Source of the DNA: an uncultured Pseudomonadota bacterium
GTDB taxonomy: Bacteria > Myxococcota_A > Polyangia > Fen-1088
Assembly: GCA_963831685.1 (NCBI GenBank)
Contig: CAWHRJ010000014.1
Location: 94,612-158,611, forward strand
DNA length: 64,000 bases
Direction: 5' to 3'
Each line of letters starts with the position of its first letter. Positions within the stretch are counted from its first letter, which is position 1. Below the pieces are notes generated by a model. It searched no databases and had not been told where the DNA came from. It saw only the letters and a list, made by a program, of their open reading frames with translations. This document shows, one piece after another, positions 21,861 to 32,727 of the stretch. The position numbers were made by a program, and so were the translations under genes.

Positions 21861-22916
21861 CTAGCCGGGCAGCCGCCCAGCGCCGCTGCCGGCGACGACC
21901 ATCAGCACGGTGAGGCCGATCGCCAGCGCCAGGTAGGTCGCCAGCACCGGGCGATCGCCGATGTCCGGCGCGTTCCCCTTGCCCGCGGCGCGGAAGGTCG
22001 CTGCGATCGCCAGGATGTAGAGCAGCCCGTCGGCCCGCGACAGCGCGATCGCCCAGAGCGCGCCGGCGACGACGCCGCGCTGGCCGCGCGACAACGCGGA
22101 GAACCCGCGCCCGCCGTCGAGCTGCCAGACGGGAATCAGGTTGAAGAGGTTGATCCAGGCGCCGAGGCGCGCGATCGCGAACAGCAGCTGGTTGTGAAGC
22201 GCCGCCCCCAGCGCCAGCGCCGCGATCGCCGCCGCCGCGCCCCAGACTGGTCCCGCCAGGCCTGTACGCGCGTCTTCGGCGGGGGTGGCCGGGTTCTGCT
22301 TGAGCCGCACCAGGGCGCCGAAGCCGGGGATGAACATCGGCGCGGTGGCCGGGATGCCGTAACGGCGGAGCATCACGACGTGACCCATCTCGTGGACGTA
22401 GATCGAGAAGATGAGGCCCAGCGCGAACTTCCAGCCGTAGAAAGACGTGTAGACCCACAGAGCGATGGCCATCGAGAGGAAGGTCTTCGCCTGCGTCAGA
22501 CCGACCAGCAGCGCCTTCCCCTTGCCGAGCAGGAGAAAGATCCCCCACTTGAACTTGGCGAGGAGCACGCCGATGGTGCCGACCCCGGCCGCCGCCTTCG
22601 AGCGCGGCGAGCCCTTCGCCTTCGAGCGGGCGGCGCCTGGGTTTCCGGCCGTGACCTGGGCGCTCAGAGCCTGGACCTTGGCGAGGATCTGCGCGTGCTG
22701 GGTCGACTGCGCGGGCAAAAACTCCAGCATCCGGCGCCAGACTTCCAGTGCGCGCGGTCCGTCCCCTTGGCGCTCGGCCGCCTCCGCATCGGCCGCGAGC
22801 TGCTTGAGCTCGGCGGCGTGAACCAGCCTGCCGCAATTCGGGCAGGCGAGCAGCGCCCCGGCGATCTGGGCGCCGCACTCTGTGCAGACGCGCGGAGCCG
22901 ATCCCGCGGCCGTCAC
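21861..22916 (-). CDS. M50-family (site-2-protease-like) zinc metalloprotease with an N-terminal zinc ribbon
   Basis: HEMGH zinc motif within TM helices. N-terminal CTECG...CPNCG ribbon. GTG start overlaps the upstream gene's stop (GTGA). Confidence 0.6.
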   Translation of the reverse strand: MTAAGSAPRVCTECGAQIAGALLACPNCGRLVHAAELKQLAADAEAAERQGDGPRALEVWRRMLEFLPAQSTQHAQILAKVQALSAQVTAGNPGAARSKAKGSPRSKAAAGVGTIGVLLAKFKWGIFLLLGKGKALLVGLTQAKTFLSMAIALWVYTSFYGWKFALGLIFSIYVHEMGHVVMLRRYGIPATAPMFIPGFGALVRLKQNPATPAEDARTGLAGPVWGAAAAIAALALGAALHNQLLFAIARLGAWINLFNLIPVWQLDGGRGFSALSRGQRGVVAGALWAIALSRADGLLYILAIAATFRAAGKGNAPDIGDRPVLATYLALAIGLTVLMVVAGSGAGRLPG

Positions 22917-23698
22917 GGGTTGGCGCCGGGCGGGCCGCCGGGCGTCGCGATGAGCGGCGAGGCCGCCGGACCGAACCGGAAGGGCCCGGACAGCGGCACG
23001 CGCCGGTTGATCTTCCAGGCCTCGTAGAGCCCGATGCCGATGATGATGATCCCCATGATGTTGCTGGCGCCGCCCATGAACGGGGCGATGAACGCCAGCC
23101 CCAGAAGCAGCCCCAGCGCCGCTGCGACAGAACCGGCGCCTGGCTTCTCCGCGCCCGTGGCGGTCTGGCTGTCGCCGGCGGGCGGGTCGTCCTGCGGCGC
23201 TCCCGTCGAACCGGGCGCCGTTGCCGTCACCGCGGTCTTGTTCGTGTCGCCCGCCTCGAGGGACGCCTTGAGGACCAGCGGGACGTAGGCGCCGGTGATC
23301 GACACGTAGGTGAGCACCATGGCCAGCGCCTGATAGCGCCAGCCGCCGAGGCCGCGCCCCCCGCGCTTGACCGCGACACCGACGAAGAGGCCGACGCCGA
23401 TCGCCAGCAGGCCGAACTCGTGGCCGGTAACCTTGATGATCGCGTACCAGACGATCGTCCCCAGCAGCGCCGCGCCGATGCCGAAGAGCAACGCGCGGCC
23501 GAACGCGCCGCGCCCCTCCTTCGAGCCAGAGAGCGCGGTCGCGCAGGAGCGGCAGATGACGGCGCGGGCGATCTCGAAGTACTCGTCGCTGATCGCTCGC
23601 TTGCAGATCCGACAGCTGCGCGCCTCGCTCGGCGCGGCCAGGTCGACCTTGTCGAACTGCATCCCCCCGGCGCCGCCCGACCCGTCTGCGCTCATCAC
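22913..23698 (-). CDS. Membrane protein with an N-terminal cytoplasmic zinc ribbon (anti-sigma-like architecture), function unknown
   Basis: 261 aa. CRIC-x17-CRSC near the N-terminus, then at least 4 TM helices. Stop overlaps the start of the M50 protease gene. Confidence 0.5.
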   Translation of the reverse strand: MMSADGSGGAGGMQFDKVDLAAPSEARSCRICKRAISDEYFEIARAVICRSCATALSGSKEGRGAFGRALLFGIGAALLGTIVWYAIIKVTGHEFGLLAIGVGLFVGVAVKRGGRGLGGWRYQALAMVLTYVSITGAYVPLVLKASLEAGDTNKTAVTATAPGSTGAPQDDPPAGDSQTATGAEKPGAGSVAAALGLLLGLAFIAPFMGGASNIMGIIIIGIGLYEAWKINRRVPLSGPFRFGPAASPLIATPGGPPGANP

Positions 23699-23704
23699 GT
23701 GAGT

Positions 23705-24651
23705 CTAGCGCCAACCGATTGGCGGCATCAAATGGCGGTGGCGCGCGGCGGCGGCGCGCGGAACGACTCCCACAGCGCCTGCACCAGCGGCGAGCCGAGC
23801 TTCCGGCGCTGGGTGCAGACGCCGACCCGAAACTCCCCCAGCGCGTCGCCGCCGTCGTCGGCGTCGAGGATACGAACCTTGGAGGCGAGCGGGCTCTCCT
23901 CGAGGACGATGCGTGGCACGATGCCGACGCCGCATCCGAGGCTGACGAGCGCCAGGATTGCTTCGCTGCCGGGCAGCTCGCCGTAGACGGGGGGCGCGAC
24001 GCGGCGCCGGCGGAACCAGCGATCGGCGCTCTCGCGCGCGAGGCCCGACGGCGGGCAGGACGAAGGGCAGCTCGGCCCAGGGAATCGAACGCCCGTGGGT
24101 GAGGCGCTCGACCTCGCAGGCGGCGCGTGGGCGCGACGAAGACGAGCGGCGTGTGCAGGAGGACGCGCGCCGACGAGCGCCCGCGGGACGCGCGCCGGGA
24201 TCGCCGCGACGGTGACGTCGACGCGACCCTCGGTCGAGCATCTCGAGCGCGTCGGCGGCGTAGCCGGTCTCGAGCTGGACGTGGATGTCGGGGTGGCGCT
24301 GCCGGAACCCGGAGAGCAGCTCGGGCAGGAAGCTCTGGCAGGCCGTCACCGAGGCGAAGATCGACGATCGTGCCGGTGCAGCGCTTCGCGGCGGCCGCGC
24401 GAGATCGCCGCTGCAGCCGCTCCCAGCGATCGAGCGTCTCGCGCGCGTGCGCGGCGAAGCGCGCGTCCCTTCGGGCGTCAGGCGCACGATGCGCCGATCG
24501 CGCTCGAGGAGCGGCCAGCCGGCTTCGCGCTCGAGGCGCTGGATCGGCGCGCGACAGCGTCGACGGGCTGACGTGGCACTCGCGGCTGGTCCGCAGAAAG
24601 TGCAGGGTGCGCGAAAGATGCAGGAAGAGACCGCAGGGCGTCGTAGTCCAT
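23705..24651 (-). CDS. ilvY: LysR-family transcriptional regulator, IlvY-like, divergent from ilvC; several frameshifts
   Basis: N-terminal HTH (FLHLSRTLHFLRTSRECHVSPSTLSR) and substrate-domain segments (IFASVTACQSFLPELLSGFRQRHPDIHVQLETGYAADALEML) are present but spread over 2-3 frames. Length is not a multiple of 3. Confidence 0.6.
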
Positions 24652-24691
24652 CGGAGCCCGCTAGTATTGCAGAATCGCAACACAGAGTTGA

Positions 24692-26261
<1,570 letters not shown>

Positions 26262-26302
26262 CGGGCGCCAACCGCCCGACGAGGCGCGAGCGACGCGATA
26301 CG

Positions 26303-26336
26303 GCGCGGCCAGAAAATGGCCGCGCCGTTCGTTTTT
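26303..26336 (+). terminator. Candidate Rho-independent terminator downstream of ilvC
   Basis: GC-rich 8-bp stem GCGCGGCC/GGCCGCGC with loop AGAAAAT, followed within 6 nt by TTTTT. Confidence 0.45.
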
Positions 26337-26538
26337 CGCGGCGGAACGATGCCGGGAACATGGCGCAGGTTTCGCCGTTGTGAAGTGACGGTAAACATTC
26401 GCGCGAAAGGTTGCGCGAGGGTGTTTTGCAGCTCAACATTCGCGCAGTCGGGCCGATGAGCGGTTCGATGGCAAAACTGAAAACTGAAGATGGGGCCGAG
26501 GCAAAGGCCGAGGCAAAGGAAAGGGAGACAGGAAGATC

Positions 26539-27141
26539 ATGAGAAGCGTGGTGACGGGGTTGATGATGTTGGCTGGGGCGGTGGTTCGCGACAAGGGACA
26601 CGGGTTCGACGATTTCGGGTGGCGGCGGGAGGTGCAGCGGGCGCGCGAAGCGCAAGAGGCCGACGCGGCGACGTCGGGCCCCCGCGCGGGCGACGGCGAG
26701 GCCGTCGTGGTGGCCGGGCCGCCGATCGGGACCTACGGTCCCTCGAGCGGCGCGCTGATGAGCGTTGCGGGGACCGAAGAGGCCGCCGCGGCCCCGGGCG
26801 ACTGGGACGTCGCGTGCGAGCGCGAGGCCGGCGACCGGCTGGTGTTCGATCGCAGCTCGCTGCGGGAGCTGGGCGGCGCGACGCTGTTCCGCTGGGCGCC
26901 GACCGGCGGCGTCGTGCCGGCGAGCGACGACACGATCTACACGGCGGTCGCCGACTGCCGCGCCAAGAGCATCGAAGCGAGCTGGCCCGGCAAGCGGAGC
27001 GAGACCCGCGCCGGCACCTGCGGCCGCCACCTGGTCGACGCGGTCTGCGCGGCGCGCAGCGCGGTCAAGACCCCGGGCCACGCGCCGGACAGGCTCGGGC
27101 GGGTGCGCGGCGGCGCGCCGAACGCCAGCGCGACGCCGTAG
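26539..27141 (+). CDS. Hypothetical secreted protein
   Basis: 200-aa ORF with a plausible signal peptide (MRSVVTGLMMLAGAVV) and a purine-rich ribosome-binding region upstream. Coding call is weak in this GC-rich context. Confidence 0.3.
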   Translation: MRSVVTGLMMLAGAVVRDKGHGFDDFGWRREVQRAREAQEADAATSGPRAGDGEAVVVAGPPIGTYGPSSGALMSVAGTEEAAAAPGDWDVACEREAGDRLVFDRSSLRELGGATLFRWAPTGGVVPASDDTIYTAVADCRAKSIEASWPGKRSETRAGTCGRHLVDAVCAARSAVKTPGHAPDRLGRVRGGAPNASATP

Positions 27142-27232
27142 GGGCGAGACGCCGCAACTCGTAAAGGACGACGCCGGGGCCTTTCCCGGCGCAGTCCGTC
27201 GCGGGCGCCTCGCCATGCGCTATCCTCCGCGC

Positions 27233-27772
27233 ATGACGGATCTGGTGCTCACGCTGCTGGGGCCCGATCGGCCGGGGCTCGTCGAGCTGGTGGCCGGGGT
27301 GATCGCGGCGCACGGCGGGAACTGGCTGGAGAGCCGCATGAGCCACCTCTGCGGCAAGTTCGCGGGGATCCTGCGGGCGGAGCTGCCGGCCGACCGCGTG
27401 GCCGCGGCGACGGCGGCGCTCGCGGCGCTGGAGACGCGCGGGCTCAAGGTGATCGTCGAGACGGCGGCGCGGGCGGAGGCGGCGCCCGCCGAGCGGAGCA
27501 TGGATCTGGATCTGGTGGGGCTCGATCGGCCGGGGATCGTCCGGGAGATCTCGCAGCTGCTGGCCAGCAACGGCGTCAACGTCGAGGAGCTGACGACCGA
27601 ACGGGTGAGCGCGCCGATGTCCGCGGAGATGCTGTTCGAGGCGCACGCCCACGTGCGCGTCGCGCCGGCCACCGACGTCGCCAAGCTGCGGGCCGAGCTG
27701 GAGCGGCTGGCGAGCGATCTGGTCGTCGAGGTCAAGCTGACGCCGGCCGAGCCGGACCGGCGCCGGCGCTAG
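27233..27772 (+). CDS. Tandem ACT-domain regulatory protein (GcvR-like)
   Basis: Two ACT repeats (LVLTLLGPDRPGLV...; LDLVGLDRPGIVREISQLL). About 179 aa. GcvR/UPF0237-like architecture. Confidence 0.55.
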   Translation: MTDLVLTLLGPDRPGLVELVAGVIAAHGGNWLESRMSHLCGKFAGILRAELPADRVAAATAALAALETRGLKVIVETAARAEAAPAERSMDLDLVGLDRPGIVREISQLLASNGVNVEELTTERVSAPMSAEMLFEAHAHVRVAPATDVAKLRAELERLASDLVVEVKLTPAEPDRRRR

Positions 27773-27776
27773 CGCG

Positions 27777-28385
27777 ATGTCGTCGACGCGGCTCCTGGTC
27801 CTGGGCGCGGTGAGGATCTTCCAGCCGGTGCACGGCTACGACGTGCGGCGCGAGCTGCTCTCCTGGCGCGTCGACCAGTGGGCCAACGTCGCGCCAGGCT
27901 CGATCTACAACGCGCTCAAGACGCTGACGAAAGAGAAGTTCCTCAAGGTGGTCGGCACCGGGCAGATCGGTGGGCGCCCGGAGCGGACGCAGTACAGCCT
28001 GACCGCCGGCGGCGAGAAGGAGTATCAGACGCTGGTGCGCGCCACCTGGTGGAAGGTGACGCCGCCGCTCGACGATCTGATGCCGGCGCTCTGCTTCATG
28101 CCCAGCCTCAGCGCGGAGGAGCTGACCGCGGCGCTCGAGCACCGGATCGGCGCGCTCGAAGGGGCGCTCAAGCACCTCGAGTTCTCGCGCAAGGAGATCC
28201 ATCCGCCCGAGACGCCCGAGCACGTCAAGGAGCTCTACGATCGGATGCACGCCATCCTGAGCGCCGAGATCCCCTGGGCCCGGACGCTCATGGGACGCCT
28301 CGGGCGGGGGACGTACGAGGTCGGGAAATCGGCCGCGCTGTCGCGTCCGGGACGGGGCCATCGCAAGCGCGAAAAATCTTGTTGA
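27777..28385 (+). CDS. PadR-family transcriptional regulator
   Basis: Winged-helix PadR signature (HGYDV...SIYNALKTLTKEKFL...GGRPERTQYSLT) with a C-terminal coiled-coil extension. Confidence 0.75.
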   Translation: MSSTRLLVLGAVRIFQPVHGYDVRRELLSWRVDQWANVAPGSIYNALKTLTKEKFLKVVGTGQIGGRPERTQYSLTAGGEKEYQTLVRATWWKVTPPLDDLMPALCFMPSLSAEELTAALEHRIGALEGALKHLEFSRKEIHPPETPEHVKELYDRMHAILSAEIPWARTLMGRLGRGTYEVGKSAALSRPGRGHRKREKSC

Positions 28386-28410
28386 CCCGATATAGTCAAG
28401 TTTGAATAAT
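28382..28410 (+). promoter_or_regulatory. Strong sigma-70-like promoter (TTGACC-N17-AATAAT) with an embedded palindrome TTGAC-N9-GTCAA, a candidate PadR operator
   Basis: Near-consensus -35/-10 with a 17-bp spacer in an unusually AT-rich patch. An inverted repeat TTGACccgatataGTCAA overlaps the -35. Lies between padR and the ABC ATPase remnant. Confidence 0.45.
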
Positions 28411-28447
28411 CGCGGTGGATCAAGTGGCGGGCGAGGCGAAACAGACG

Positions 28448-28789
28448 ATGGTCGAGGCGCGCGGGCTCGCGCGTACGTTCCAGACGCGCACCGGGCCGGT
28501 CGCGGCCGTGGCGGGGGTCGACTTCTCGATCGCCACGGGCGAGATCGTCGGTTTTCTCGGACCGAACGGCGCCGGTAAGAGCACCACCCAGCGGATGCTC
28601 TCGACGCTGCTGGCGCCGACCGCCGGCGAGGCGACGGTGGCGGGTCGCGATCTGCGGCGTGATGCTCCCAATGTCGCTCGCGCCGCGCTGCTCTATCTGC
28701 TCTCGCGGATCAATCCCTTCAGCCACGTCGTCGACGGGGCGCGGGCCGCGGTGCGCGGCACGCGCCCCTTTCACCGGGAGAGCGCCTGA
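28448..28789 (+). pseudogene. ABC transporter ATP-binding protein remnant (N-terminal Walker A only), fused to a permease-like C-terminal tail
   Basis: GPNGAGKST Walker A and Q-loop are present, but the ORF ends after about 115 aa with no signature, Walker B or H-loop. The tail ...LYLLSRINPFSHVVDGAR resembles the end of an ABC-2 permease. Suggests an internal deletion. Confidence 0.5.
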
Positions 28790-28812
28790 AAATGAAACAG
28801 GCGCGGCGGGCT

Positions 28813-29670
28813 CTACTTCAGGACCTGCGAGTCGCCGGGCTTGAGCTCGACGACCTTGGCGCTGCTCTTCGCCTTCTTGAGGGCGTCGCGCAGCTGGTCA
28901 GGCGTCCCGGCCAGCGCGGGGAACGTCCCGAAGTGCATCGGGATGACGGTCTTGACCTTGAGCAGCTTGGCCGCCAGCGCGGCGCCCGCCGGGTCCATCG
29001 TGAAGACGCCGCCGATGGGGAGCATGGCGATCGTCGGGTGGTAGCGCTCGGCGATCAGCGACATGCCGGAGAACACGTCGGTGTCGCCGGCGTGATAGAT
29101 GGTCGGACCCTTGGCGATCTCGATGACGAAGCCCATCGCCGGTCCGCTGTACTTGGGTCCCGCCTTGTCCTGACCGAAGCCCCCCGAGTGCACCGCCTCC
29201 ACGAGGTGGATGGTGGCGTCCTTGACGGCGGTGGTGCCGCCGATGTTCATCCCCTCGCTGTTCGGCGCGCCGATCAGGCTGGCCAGCTCGTAGGAGGTGA
29301 TCAGCTTGGCGCCGGTCTTCTTGGCCAGATCGGCGGCGTTGCCGACGTGGTCGAAGTGCCCGTGGGTCACCAGGATGGCGTCCAGGGTTTTCGGATGATC
29401 GATCTTCGGCGCGTTCGGGTTGTCGAGCCAGGGATCGATGGCGATGGTGGCCCCGGCCGGCGTGGTGATGATCCAGGCGGCATGTCCCCACCAGGTCGCG
29501 GTGGTGACGCCCGCGGCCGCAGCGGCGGGCGCGGGCGCGGCGGCCGGTTTGGCGGCAGCCGGAGCGGGGGCCGGAGTGGGCGCGGGCGGCTTGTCGGCGG
29601 CGGCGGCGGCGGAAGAAACGACGATGGCGAGCGAAATTACGCTGGCGAACGGGAACAAAACCTTCCTCAT
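28813..29670 (-). CDS. Secreted metallo-beta-lactamase-fold hydrolase
   Basis: Signal peptide plus an Ala/Pro-rich linker. THGHFDHVG zinc motif. Downstream His/Asp ligands. Confidence 0.75.
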   Translation of the reverse strand: MRKVLFPFASVISLAIVVSSAAAAADKPPAPTPAPAPAAAKPAAAPAPAAAAAGVTTATWWGHAAWIITTPAGATIAIDPWLDNPNAPKIDHPKTLDAILVTHGHFDHVGNAADLAKKTGAKLITSYELASLIGAPNSEGMNIGGTTAVKDATIHLVEAVHSGGFGQDKAGPKYSGPAMGFVIEIAKGPTIYHAGDTDVFSGMSLIAERYHPTIAMLPIGGVFTMDPAGAALAAKLLKVKTVIPMHFGTFPALAGTPDQLRDALKKAKSSAKVVELKPGDSQVLK

Positions 29671-29746
29671 GTGGTCTCTCCTGGCGTCAGGGTGAAGAGC
29701 GCCGCAAATGTAAACGATTGCCGTCGGATTGAAACACCTTTGCGCC

Positions 29747-29775
29747 TTGACAGGGCGGGAGTCGTCGATTATTGC
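29747..29775 (+). promoter_or_regulatory. Candidate sigma-70 promoter (TTGACA-N17-TATTGC) for the ABC/FtsX/LolA-like operon
   Basis: Consensus -35 TTGACA at 29747-52, a 17-bp spacer and -10 TATTGC, about 60 bp upstream of the first ATG (29838). A GGAAAGGA Shine-Dalgarno sequence is present. Confidence 0.35.
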
Positions 29776-29837
29776 CGCGGGGTCGACGGAGCCCCGTCCG
29801 AGGCAGTCAACCCGACGGGACAGCTGGAAAGGACGTC

Positions 29838-30563
29838 ATGAAGGCCATCGTTTCGGTTCGTGATGCGGTCAAGAACTACACACTCGGCAACGTCGTCGTG
29901 CCGGCGCTCCGGGGCGTCACCCTCGACGTCACGGCGGGCGACTTCATCTCCATCGCCGGACCGTCGGGGAGCGGCAAGACGACGCTGCTCAATCTGATCG
30001 GCTGCGTCGACACGCCGACGTCAGGCACCGTCGAGGTGGCCGGCAAGGACACGCGCCAGCTCTCGGAGCGCGCCTTGACCGATCTGCGGCTGCGCACGAT
30101 CGGATTCATCTTCCAGAGCTTCAACTTGGTCTCGGTGTTGACGGTGTTCCAGAACATCGAGCTGCCGCTCCTCTTGCAGCGCGAGCTCTCGGGACCTGAA
30201 CGCAAGACGCGCGTCCTCGGTCTGCTGGAGAAGGTGGGGATCCGTGACTACACCAACCACCGGCCCAGCGAGCTGTCGGGCGGACAGCGCCAGCGCGTGG
30301 CGATCGCGCGCGCTCTCGTGACTCGACCCCAGTTGGTGCTGGCCGACGAGCCGACCGCCAACCTCGATTCGGTGACCGGGCAAAACATCCTGGACATCAT
30401 GAAAGAGCTCAATCGCACCGAGAAGACGACCTTCATCTTCTCGACGCACGATCAACACGTGATGGCCAACGCCAACTCGATCGTGCGGCTGGCCGACGGC
30501 AAGTTCGTCGACCGGATTTCCCCCGCCGCCGCGGCCTCGCTGCCGCACGGAGCACAGGTGTGA
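29838..30563 (+). CDS. ABC transporter ATP-binding protein, LolD/MacB-type
   Basis: Walker A GPSGSGKTT, LSGGQRQRVAIARAL signature, Walker B LVLADEPT. About 240 aa. Confidence 0.85.
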   Translation: MKAIVSVRDAVKNYTLGNVVVPALRGVTLDVTAGDFISIAGPSGSGKTTLLNLIGCVDTPTSGTVEVAGKDTRQLSERALTDLRLRTIGFIFQSFNLVSVLTVFQNIELPLLLQRELSGPERKTRVLGLLEKVGIRDYTNHRPSELSGGQRQRVAIARALVTRPQLVLADEPTANLDSVTGQNILDIMKELNRTEKTTFIFSTHDQHVMANANSIVRLADGKFVDRISPAAAASLPHGAQV

Positions 30564-32725
30564 GGGGCTGGTTCGCCACCCTGGGGGTGGTCGCGCAGAT
30601 GGCCTTTCGGAATCTGTTCGCCAGCCGCCTCAAGACCGTCATCGTCGGCGGGATCATCTTCTTCGGCGGGATGCTGGTGGTGACCGGCAACTCGCTGCTC
30701 GACAGCGTGGTCGCCTCGATGAGCCGCAGCGTGATCGGCAGCGTGGCCGGCCACATCCAGGTCTACAACGCCAAGTCCAAGGATCCGTTGGAGGTGATGG
30801 GGCGGATGATGATGGGCGATCCCGACCTCACCCAGCTCGACGACTTCTCCAAGGTGCGCGCCTCGCTGCTCAAGGTGCCGAACGTCAAGTCGGTCGTCCC
30901 GATGGGAATCAGCGGCGCGCTGGTCACCTCGGGGAACACCATCGATCTGGCGCTCGAGAAGCTGCGCAACGCGGTCAAGGCCGAGCGCGACGCGAAGACC
31001 GACGCCGAGCGGGCCCGCGCGAAGGCGGAAGTCGCCAGCGAGAAGGGTCACGTCCGCCAGATCGTCTCGGTGCTGCAGGGGGATCTCAAGAACGCCAAGG
31101 CGGTGCTCGACGAGAAGGCGATCGATCCGGCGGATGCCGCGGCGGTCACCCGCGCGGCGTCGGACCAGTTCTGGCAGGACTTCGACAAGGATCCCTTCAA
31201 TTCCCTGGAGTTCCTGGAGAACCGGATCGCCAGCCAGGCGGCGGATGCCGATCTGCTGTTTCTCAACTACGTCGGCACCGACTTCCAGGCGTTCCAGAAG
31301 TCCTTCGACCGCATGAAGATCGTCGAGGGGACGATGGTCCCGCCGGGCAAGCGCGGCTTCCTTTTCGCCAAGCAAGTCTACGAGGATCAGCTCAAGCTCA
31401 AGGCCGCGCGCCGGCTCGACAAGATCAAGGAGGGGGTCGACTCGCAGGGGGAGACGATCGCCACCGATCCCGATCTGAAGCGCATGGTGCGCGAGAACAC
31501 CTCGCAGGTGCGTGAGATCCTGCTGCAGCTCGACGCGCAGAAGACGACCGACTTCCGGGCCAAGCTCCAGCGCGAGCTCGGCAGCCAGGAGACCGACGTC
31601 GGCAAGCTTCTGGTCAATTTTTTCCAGACCGACGACCAGAACTTCCACCAGCGCTACGACTTCTTCTACAAGGAGCTGGCGCCGTCGTTGGAGCTCTATC
31701 GCGTGCGGATCGGCGACGTGCTCACCATCAAGGCCTTCACCCGTTCGGGCTACGTGCAGTCGGTGAACGTCCCCGTCTACGGCACCTTCCAGTTCCAGGG
31801 GCTGGAGAAGTCGACGCTGGCGGGCGCGCTCAACCTGATGGACATGGTGTCGTTCCGCGAGCTGTACGGCTTCATGAGCGGCGAGAAGCTGGCCGAGATC
31901 CAGGCATTGCAAAAAGAGGCCGGCGCCCACGACATCAGCCGCGAGAACGCGGAGGCCGAGCTGTTCGGCAAGACGGACACCACTGCGGCCCCCGAGGCGA
32001 AGGCGCCGCGCCACATCGAGGCGACGACCACGCCGGGCGTCTCCGCGGTGACGCACGACCTCGGCGAGTCGCTGGGCGGCAAGCTGCAGCGCGAGGAGGC
32101 GCGCAGCCGGGTCTTCCCGCCGGGCGAGGTCGAGCAGGGCGTGGTCCTCAACGCCGCCGTGATCGTCAAGGACCCCAAGAAGATCAAGGAGACCATCGCG
32201 GCGATCGAGGCGCAGGGGGCGCGGGACGGGCTGACGCTCAAGGCGATCGACTGGCAGCAGGCCGCGGGTCTCATCGGCCAGTTCGTCAACGTCATCCGGA
32301 TGGTGCTCTACGTGGCGATCCTGATCATCTTCATCATCGCGCTGGTCATCATCAACAACGCGCTGGTGATGGCCACGCTGGAACGGGTGAAGGAGATCGG
32401 CACGCTGCGCGCGATCGGGGCGCAGCGGCGCTTCATCCTGGCCATGCTGGTCGTCGAATCGATCGTCGTCGGCGTCATCTTCGGCGGCCTCGGCGCCGGG
32501 CTGGGCGCGCTGATCGTCACCATCGTCGGCAAGATCGGCATTCCGGCCAAGTCCGACATCTGGTTCTTCTTCTTCTCGGGGCCGCGCCTCTACCCCTTCA
32601 TCGGCACCAGCAACGTGATCGCGGCGTTCGTGATCGTGCTGCTGGTCAGCGCCTTTTCCAGCTTCTACCCGGCCTGGATCGCCATGCGGGTCACCCCGCG
32701 CCAGGCGATGGCGGAGGAGGAATAG
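30560..32725 (+). CDS. ABC transporter permease, FtsX/MacB-LolC family, with an unusually large (about 480 aa) periplasmic domain
   Basis: N-terminal TM1, a long soluble insert, and a C-terminal 3-TM FtsX module (IRMVLYVAILIIFIIAL...). GTG start overlaps the ATPase stop (GTGA). Confidence 0.8.
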   Translation: MRGWFATLGVVAQMAFRNLFASRLKTVIVGGIIFFGGMLVVTGNSLLDSVVASMSRSVIGSVAGHIQVYNAKSKDPLEVMGRMMMGDPDLTQLDDFSKVRASLLKVPNVKSVVPMGISGALVTSGNTIDLALEKLRNAVKAERDAKTDAERARAKAEVASEKGHVRQIVSVLQGDLKNAKAVLDEKAIDPADAAAVTRAASDQFWQDFDKDPFNSLEFLENRIASQAADADLLFLNYVGTDFQAFQKSFDRMKIVEGTMVPPGKRGFLFAKQVYEDQLKLKAARRLDKIKEGVDSQGETIATDPDLKRMVRENTSQVREILLQLDAQKTTDFRAKLQRELGSQETDVGKLLVNFFQTDDQNFHQRYDFFYKELAPSLELYRVRIGDVLTIKAFTRSGYVQSVNVPVYGTFQFQGLEKSTLAGALNLMDMVSFRELYGFMSGEKLAEIQALQKEAGAHDISRENAEAELFGKTDTTAAPEAKAPRHIEATTTPGVSAVTHDLGESLGGKLQREEARSRVFPPGEVEQGVVLNAAVIVKDPKKIKETIAAIEAQGARDGLTLKAIDWQQAAGLIGQFVNVIRMVLYVAILIIFIIALVIINNALVMATLERVKEIGTLRAIGAQRRFILAMLVVESIVVGVIFGGLGAGLGALIVTIVGKIGIPAKSDIWFFFFSGPRLYPFIGTSNVIAAFVIVLLVSAFSSFYPAWIAMRVTPRQAMAEEE

Positions 32726-32727
32726 CC

